A stretch of 64,000 nt of DNA. Origin: an uncultured bacterium. Its GTDB lineage: Bacteria; Desulfobacterota; Binatia; HRBIN30; CADEER01. A model generated the notes under the pieces. It saw only the letters and a list, made by a program, of their open reading frames with translations, was not told where the DNA came from and did no database searches. The stretch lies in the NCBI GenBank assembly GCA_902826395.1, contig CADEER010000007.1, forward strand, positions 7,014 to 71,013, given 5' to 3'. Below, in pieces: positions 59,052 through 64,000 of the stretch. The position numbers and the translations under genes are program-made. How positions within the stretch are numbered: position 1 is the first letter of the stretch; every line of letters starts with the position of its first letter.

Positions 59052-59155
59052 GCTGGCAGGGCGAAAGCAACAAGAAGCGCACGGCGCTACTGCTGACCGG
59101 CGTCGTCATCGGCATGTACGTTTTGTCGGTGGTGATCATCGTGTTGCGGGGCTGA
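59048..59155 (+). CDS. 35-aa single-TM mini-protein; start overlaps the ctaB stop (ATGA)
   Basis: MSWQGESNKKRTALLLTGVVIGMYVLSVVIIVLRG. Translationally coupled position inside the oxidase operon. Confidence 0.35.
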   Translation: MSWQGESNKKRTALLLTGVVIGMYVLSVVIIVLRG

Positions 59156-59167
59156 TCCCGAGGATCG

Positions 59168-59830
59168 ATGTCGCGCGCAACCAACACTGCCGCCGTCCAC
59201 GACCTGCCGCGCGAGGAGCCGTTGCGCGCCCTGCATGTCGTGCCGCGCAAGGGTGGCCGGGGCGGTCCGCCGAGCAGGTCGTTGAAAGTGAGCAACGCGC
59301 GCGTCGCGGTAGCCATGTTGTTGGTCGCCGAGACGATGTTCTTTGCCGGCCTGATCGGAGCCTATCTGGTGTTCCGAGTCGGCAGCGTGGCGTGGCCGCC
59401 ACCGGGTCTGCCGGCCCTGCCGCTGGGTGTGACGTGGGTGAACACGGTGTTGCTCGCCATCAGCGGGGTGACCATGTTTGCTGCGCTGCGCGGTATCCGT
59501 CGCGGCGACGAGGCCGTTCTGCGCCGCGGGCTGTTGTGGACGGCCCTGCTCGGCGGTGTATTCGTCGTTGTGCAGGGTTCCGAGTGGGTCGGCCTCGTGC
59601 GACACGGCCTGCAATTGTCGAGCGGTCCGTACGGGGGGACGTTTTACACACTCATCGGCATGCACGCGGCGCATGTCGTGGGCGCCATGGGTTGGGTGTT
59701 CTTTGTTTTCGCCATGGCACGGCGTCGGGCGTACACGGCGAAGGCGCACGATGCGGTCGAGGCTTGCGCCATCTATTGGTGGTATGTCTGCGTCCTTTGG
59801 GCGGCGCTATTTGCGTTGGTGTACCACTGA
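59168..59830 (+). CDS. Cytochrome c oxidase subunit III-like protein (short form)
   Basis: 4-5 TM helices with the subunit-III pattern …FFAGLIGAYLVFR…GVFVVVQGSEW…TFYTLIGMHAAHVVGAM…. Confidence 0.75.
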   Translation: MSRATNTAAVHDLPREEPLRALHVVPRKGGRGGPPSRSLKVSNARVAVAMLLVAETMFFAGLIGAYLVFRVGSVAWPPPGLPALPLGVTWVNTVLLAISGVTMFAALRGIRRGDEAVLRRGLLWTALLGGVFVVVQGSEWVGLVRHGLQLSSGPYGGTFYTLIGMHAAHVVGAMGWVFFVFAMARRRAYTAKAHDAVEACAIYWWYVCVLWAALFALVYH

Positions 59831-60180
59831 TGATTGCCGCCAGCCTCTCGGTACGCCCGCGCGGCGTATCTCCCCAGCGCGCGACGCTCTGCGCGATCTT
59901 GCTGACAGTGGCGGCCGTTGCGTTGGGTGGTGACGAGGCATCGGCGCAGGGATGTGCGATGTGCAAGACCGCGATCGGGGGCGCAGGCGATCCCCTGGCG
60001 CGCGGCATCAACGCGAGCATCTTCTTCATGATGGCGATGCCTTTCGTTCTATTCGCGGCGGTAGGCAGTTGGCTGGCGTACATGTTTTGGAGCGGCGGTG
60101 TTGCCATCGACGACGGCGGCGCGGCCGCGGTGGAGTCCGATGTCGGAGCTCCATCTATCGAAAGGGAGGCAGTGAGGTGA
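59830..60180 (+). CDS. Membrane protein of unknown function with CAMC motif (116 aa); start overlaps the upstream stop
   Basis: MIAASLSV…TVAAVALGGDEASAQGCAMCKTAIGG…FFMMAMPFVLFAAVGSWLAYMFW. Embedded between two subunit-III-like genes. Confidence 0.4.
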   Translation: MIAASLSVRPRGVSPQRATLCAILLTVAAVALGGDEASAQGCAMCKTAIGGAGDPLARGINASIFFMMAMPFVLFAAVGSWLAYMFWSGGVAIDDGGAAAVESDVGAPSIEREAVR

Positions 60181-60869
60181 GCCAGGTAGCGACGGTCGGG
60201 CACGGCGCGGTGGATTCGTATGAATCACCGCTTACGCCGGAGAGCTGGGGCAAGCTCGGAATGTGGATCTTCTTGGCCGGCGATGCGATGTCCTTCGGGG
60301 CGCTGCTCGCGACATACGGAGCCCTGCGTTTCGGCGCGTCGAACTGGCCGAACCCGGCCGAGGCCCTGGGGATCACACTCACGGCGGGTATGACGTTTCT
60401 GCTGATTTGCAGCAGCGTCACCATGGTCAAGGCATTGGCGGCAATGCAGGACGGCGACCAGCCGGCCTGTGTGCGTTTCCTCGCCATGACGATAGCCGGC
60501 GGCGTCATCTTCCTGGGGCTGCAGGCCTACGAGTGGACGCATTTGATCAATCACGGGATGCTGCTCGCCGAGAACAACTTCATCATCGACGCGACCGGCT
60601 CGGTGGTCGGCCACTACCATGAAGGCAAGGAGCTGGCGGCGGGGCAGATGCGGGCCTCTGGCCTGTTCGGCACGACCTTCTACATGACCACCGGATTCCA
60701 CGGCATGCACGTGTTCAGCGGTGTCGTGTACCTCACCGTCGTCATGCTCAAGGCGATGCGCGGCGGGTACACGCCGGAGGACACCAACGGCATCGAGCTC
60801 GTCGGCCTGTATTGGCACTTCGTCGATCTGGTCTGGATCCTCGTGTTCACGTTTGTGTATCTGGTCTGA
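60177..60869 (+). CDS. coxC: Cytochrome c oxidase subunit III
   Basis: GTG start overlapping the upstream stop, RBS AAAGGGAGG. …LGMWIFLAGDAMSFGALLATY…TTFYMTTGFHGMHVFSGVVYL…YWHFVDLVWILVF. Confidence 0.85.
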   Translation: MSQVATVGHGAVDSYESPLTPESWGKLGMWIFLAGDAMSFGALLATYGALRFGASNWPNPAEALGITLTAGMTFLLICSSVTMVKALAAMQDGDQPACVRFLAMTIAGGVIFLGLQAYEWTHLINHGMLLAENNFIIDATGSVVGHYHEGKELAAGQMRASGLFGTTFYMTTGFHGMHVFSGVVYLTVVMLKAMRGGYTPEDTNGIELVGLYWHFVDLVWILVFTFVYLV

Positions 60870-60892
60870 AGCGAGAAAGAGGAGCTGATTCC

Positions 60893-61183
60893 ATGGCGGG
60901 CAATGGAACGCACGAACATCCGAACTACATGCTGATCTTTTGGTGGCTTCTGGGCCTGACGATCCTCGAGGTGGCGGTGCCGATGGTGATTACGGCTCCG
61001 GTCCCGAAGATCGCCCTGCTGGTGTCGATGGCAGTCGCCAAGGCGGCGTTGGTTGCTCTTTATTTCATGCACTTGCGCTTCGAGAAGAAACTCCTCGGCA
61101 TCATTGCCCTGACGCCCATGATCATCTGTGCGTTCCTGCTGTTCATGTTGATGCCGGACTCGTCCTGGCGCTGGATTGGCTGA
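60893..61183 (+). CDS. Cytochrome c oxidase subunit IV (prokaryotic CoxD/CtaF-like)
   Basis: HPNYMLIFWWLLGLTILEV…AKAALVALYFMHLRFEKK, three TM helices, 96 aa. Confidence 0.7.
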   Translation: MAGNGTHEHPNYMLIFWWLLGLTILEVAVPMVITAPVPKIALLVSMAVAKAALVALYFMHLRFEKKLLGIIALTPMIICAFLLFMLMPDSSWRWIG

Positions 61184-61826
61184 CCGGACACGAACCATGG
61201 AAGAGGACCGGTCTGCGCGCCGTGTGTGGGTGGCGCTGGCCGGTTTCATCGCCGCGATTCTCGTGCTCGGCGTCGTTTCACAGATGGGCGACGACGGCGG
61301 GTATGATGAGCTGCCGATCGTAGCCGAGGTGCCTCAGTTTTCGCTGATCCGCAGTGACGGTACGACCGTCACCCGGGCGGACTTTGACGGCCGGCCGTGG
61401 GTCGCCGACTTCATCTTCACGACCTGCGCCGGCGTTTGTCCGATCCTGTCTACGCGCATGGGCGAGCTGCAGGCGACTCTGGCGGCGCGGGAACTCGATG
61501 CGCGCCTCGTCTCGATCAGCGTCGATCCGACGCGCGACACTCCGGACGCTCTGCGTCGGTACGCCGAGCGCTATTCGGCCGATGGCGATCGATGGTGGTT
61601 CCTCACCGGCGAACGCGACGCCTTGTACGATCTGATCGGCAAGGGGTTCTTGCTGAGTGTCGCCGAGCGGACGCCGGGCGCTGTCGATGACGGCGGCGAG
61701 CTGATTACCCACAGCGACCGCTTCGTGTTGGTCGATCGCGAGGGGCGCATCCGCGGCTACTATCACGGCACCGACCCCGAGGCGGTCGATCGCCTCGTGA
61801 CAGACCTCGCGAGGTTGGCCGACTGA
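61176..61826 (+). CDS. SCO1/SenC-family copper chaperone (thioredoxin fold)
   Basis: CxxxC copper site FTTCAGVCP, conserved His (…LITHSDRFVLVD…), N-terminal TM anchor. The start may be MEEDRS at 61197. Confidence 0.85.
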   Translation: MADRTRTMEEDRSARRVWVALAGFIAAILVLGVVSQMGDDGGYDELPIVAEVPQFSLIRSDGTTVTRADFDGRPWVADFIFTTCAGVCPILSTRMGELQATLAARELDARLVSISVDPTRDTPDALRRYAERYSADGDRWWFLTGERDALYDLIGKGFLLSVAERTPGAVDDGGELITHSDRFVLVDREGRIRGYYHGTDPEAVDRLVTDLARLAD

Positions 61827-61925
61827 AGGCCGCCGTCCGCGGGCGCGTTGCGCCCGCGTGAGAGAAATGTTTGAACCCTGACGGCTGATCTCGCTCGGCA
61901 CGTAGAACTGGCAGGAGGGCCGGAA

Positions 61926-62240
61926 ATGGCGGTCATGGGTCTGAGGCTCGTTGGCGCGGCGCTTGTATTGCTTCTCGCCTTGGCGCCGGCATCGGCGCGG
62001 CCGCCGGAGATTGGAGCGCTCCAGGTCGACCAGAGCATGCGTGACAATCTGCGCCGGCTCGCGGAGGGGGGGAAGCGCGTCGAACTGGTGCTCAAGAGCG
62101 GCAAATCCTATCGCGGCAAGCTCGGCACGGTGGGGGAGCGCGCTGTGGTAGTCGGTGAGATCGAGGGGCGCGAGTTTTTCGACGCACTGGTGCTGATCGA
62201 CGAGATTGCCGCCGTCGAGGTACGCGTCCGCGACCGTTGA
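61926..62240 (+). CDS. Hypothetical secreted protein (104 aa)
   Basis: Signal peptide MAVMGLRLVGAALVLLLALAPASA. No motif recognised. Confidence 0.35.
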   Translation: MAVMGLRLVGAALVLLLALAPASARPPEIGALQVDQSMRDNLRRLAEGGKRVELVLKSGKSYRGKLGTVGERAVVVGEIEGREFFDALVLIDEIAAVEVRVRDR

Positions 62241-62282
62241 CGCGCACGCGGGTTGTGAGATGCCGCCGAAGGGGTGACGCCA

Positions 62283-64000
62283 ATGCGCCGTCTGGCGATC
62301 GCAATGGAAGGGTTTGGGAGAGCACTCGATCTGGCCGCCAGGGGGTGTGCGGCCTTGCAGCATCAACCTCGCCGCCGATCCGAGCTCGCTCGGCTCGCCG
62401 CGATTGTGCTTGTGGCGGGTGTGTTGGCCGCTGGCTGCGGCGCGCCATTCGGGGTGCACCGGTCGTCGCCGGAGGCCATTCATCGATCTCTGACGTCGAA
62501 TGTGATCTCGACCGGCGATTTGAGCAGCTTCTCGCAGATCATGCTGCACCGTCGCAATCTGAAGGAAGCGTTCAAGGATGATCCGGAAGCGACGCTGCGT
62601 CGATTGCACGAAGAGTTGCAGCGCGATGGGCTGAGCGACGAAGAGATCTTTTGCCTCGCCGAGTTGTCCTTCTATCACGCGATGAAAGAGGGTGGACAGC
62701 CGCACTTTCTGGCCGCGGCCCTCTATGCGTACGCGTACGTCTTCCCCGAGTCCTCGGAATCCGCGCCGCCGGCGTTCGATCCTCGGCAGCGGATCGCCAT
62801 GGATCTCTACAACCGTGCGTTGACCGACGCGTTCGAAACGGCGGACCACGAGAGCGTCCAGATCGCGGCGGGAACCTTCTCGCTGCCGTTCGGCACGATC
62901 GATATCGCGTTCGATCCCCAGCAGCTGATTTGGGGCAACCGTCAGCTCACGACATTCTACCCAGCCGCGGAGCTTGAAGTAGTCGGCTTCGAGAATCGCT
63001 ACCGCCAACCCGGGATCGGCGCGCCGCTGGCGGCGGCAACGCAACCGCTGGACCCCGACGCGCCCTACGATTTCGTCGGACATCGGATCCGACTGCCCGT
63101 GACCTTGGTTCTGAGATTGCCCGAGCCGCGCCGGCAGATCCGCGAAGATCGGCTGCACGCCGACTTGAGCCTCCACCCCGAGACCGAAGGGGAGAGCATC
63201 GACATCGGCGGCCAGGAAGTCCCCCTGGAACAGGAGCCGACGGCATCTCTCGCTCTCACGCTCACTGTGACGCGACCGTGGGCGCAGAATTTCAGTGTGT
63301 TTCTCGGCAAGACCGGATTGCTCCAGGAGCAGCCGACCTTTGGTGGTCGCGAGCCACACGTGCGCGGTCGCATTCCGGTGGTTTTCGTGCACGGCACGGC
63401 CTCCAACTTCAGCGTGTGGGCAAACATGCTCAACGATCTGGAGAGCGACTCGGTAATCCGCGAGAACTTCCAGTTTCTCTTCTTTCGCTACGACAGCGGC
63501 CAGCCGATCCTCTACTCGGGTATGCAGCTACGCGAGGCGATGAAGAGTGCGGAGAAGGCGTTTCGCGCCGACGGAGAGGACCCGTGCCTCGATCGCATGG
63601 TCGTAATTGGCCACAGCCAAGGCGGTTTGTTGGTCAAGCTGACGGCGATCGAATCGGGCGACAAGTTCTGGCGCAACCTAAGCGATCAGCCGTTCGACGA
63701 GATGAAGCTCTCCGACGAGATGCGGGCGACTCTGCGTGACACGATGTTCGTCGAACCGCTGCCTTTCGTCGACCGAGTCATCTTCATTGCGACACCGCAC
63801 CGGGGCAGCTACCTGGCTGGGCCGGGAATCGTCCGCCGTCTGGCGCAGCGATTGATTTCTCTCCCCGTGGGACTCGCGAGGCTGAGCACGGATCTCCTCG
63901 CCGTCGAGTCGATTCGTCGGAGCAGCAGCATGGAGCGTATACCGACCAGCATCGACAACATGTGGCCCGGGCACCCCTTCATCAAAACAATCGAGAAGAT
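62283..64000 (+). CDS. Alpha/beta-hydrolase lipoprotein (lipase/esterase, GHSQG nucleophile elbow); 3' end beyond the window (partial, >572 aa)
   Basis: Translated by hand; the frame is open from ATG 62283 to the window end, with an upstream in-frame stop at 62256. Lipobox LAAGC. VFVHGTASNFSVW…, VIGHSQGGLL (GxSxG). Absent from the supplied ORF track because no stop is reached. Confidence 0.7.
   Translation, partial: MRRLAIAMEGFGRALDLAARGCAALQHQPRRRSELARLAAIVLVAGVLAAGCGAPFGVHRSSPEAIHRSLTSNVISTGDLSSFSQIMLHRRNLKEAFKDDPEATLRRLHEELQRDGLSDEEIFCLAELSFYHAMKEGGQPHFLAAALYAYAYVFPESSESAPPAFDPRQRIAMDLYNRALTDAFETADHESVQIAAGTFSLPFGTIDIAFDPQQLIWGNRQLTTFYPAAELEVVGFENRYRQPGIGAPLAAATQPLDPDAPYDFVGHRIRLPVTLVLRLPEPRRQIREDRLHADLSLHPETEGESIDIGGQEVPLEQEPTASLALTLTVTRPWAQNFSVFLGKTGLLQEQPTFGGREPHVRGRIPVVFVHGTASNFSVWANMLNDLESDSVIRENFQFLFFRYDSGQPILYSGMQLREAMKSAEKAFRADGEDPCLDRMVVIGHSQGGLLVKLTAIESGDKFWRNLSDQPFDEMKLSDEMRATLRDTMFVEPLPFVDRVIFIATPHRGSYLAGPGIVRRLAQRLISLPVGLARLSTDLLAVESIRRSSSMERIPTSIDNMWPGHPFIKTIEK

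Noticed and set aside
61278-63392. 704-aa minus-strand ORF spanning SCO1, the hypothetical gene and the lipase gene
   Set aside because: It crosses three independently supported + strand genes that have signal peptides and catalytic motifs; no motifs of its own.

Overview
High-GC (~68-70%) bacterial chromosomal window, densely coding on both strands. Myxococcus-type cysteine-rich repeats and a MYXO-CTERM-like C-terminal sorting signal point to a Myxococcota-like or related organism, but this is an inference. Everything below comes from manual reading and translation of the sequence; no searches were run.

Housekeeping genes recognised by motif:
- Lipid and envelope: fabI, lgt, a WS/DGAT wax-ester synthase, plsB, an MltD-like transglycosylase, and a murein-recycling trio (ldcA, a beta-lactamase-family hydrolase, mpl).
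- Sugar nucleotides and cofactors: phosphomannomutase, a manC-like guanylyltransferase, hisC, pdxA, sat.
- Repair, folding and RNA modification: mfd, a SurA-like PPIase, an RluA-family pseudouridine synthase.
- Transport: a BMP-family nucleoside-type ABC transporter (lipoprotein, tandem ATPase, two permeases).

The last ~13 kb (49.1-61.8 kb) is a single + strand respiratory supercluster with mostly tight spacing and several overlapping start/stop codons. It encodes a Rieske protein, a split cytochrome b, an octaheme c-type cytochrome with a long N-terminal coiled coil, an amicyanin-like cupredoxin, coxB, coxA, ctaB, two subunit-III-like genes, a subunit-IV-like gene and SCO1.

The more unusual content:
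- A four-gene minus-strand module (27.3-29.1 kb): an XRE-family HTH protein, a zinc-ribbon mini-protein, a polytopic membrane protein carrying a T2SS GspG-like periplasmic domain but no prepilin leader, and a 92-aa unknown.
- A 1,466-aa Tat-signal secreted protein combining Myxococcus cysteine-rich repeats, a parallel beta-helix and a PD40/TolB-like beta-propeller.
- A dockerin-like protein with a ~430-aa Thr/Pro/Arg repeat linker, and a tandem cohesin-like surface protein at the window start.
- Two RBS-driven small zinc-ribbon genes in a low-GC islet.
- A family of G-rich terminal-inverted-repeat intergenic elements, GTGAACC heptamer arrays that supply gene stop codons, and a truncated RAYT/IS200-like transposase remnant.

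The last gene, an alpha/beta-hydrolase lipoprotein, runs off the window end and is absent from the supplied ORF track.
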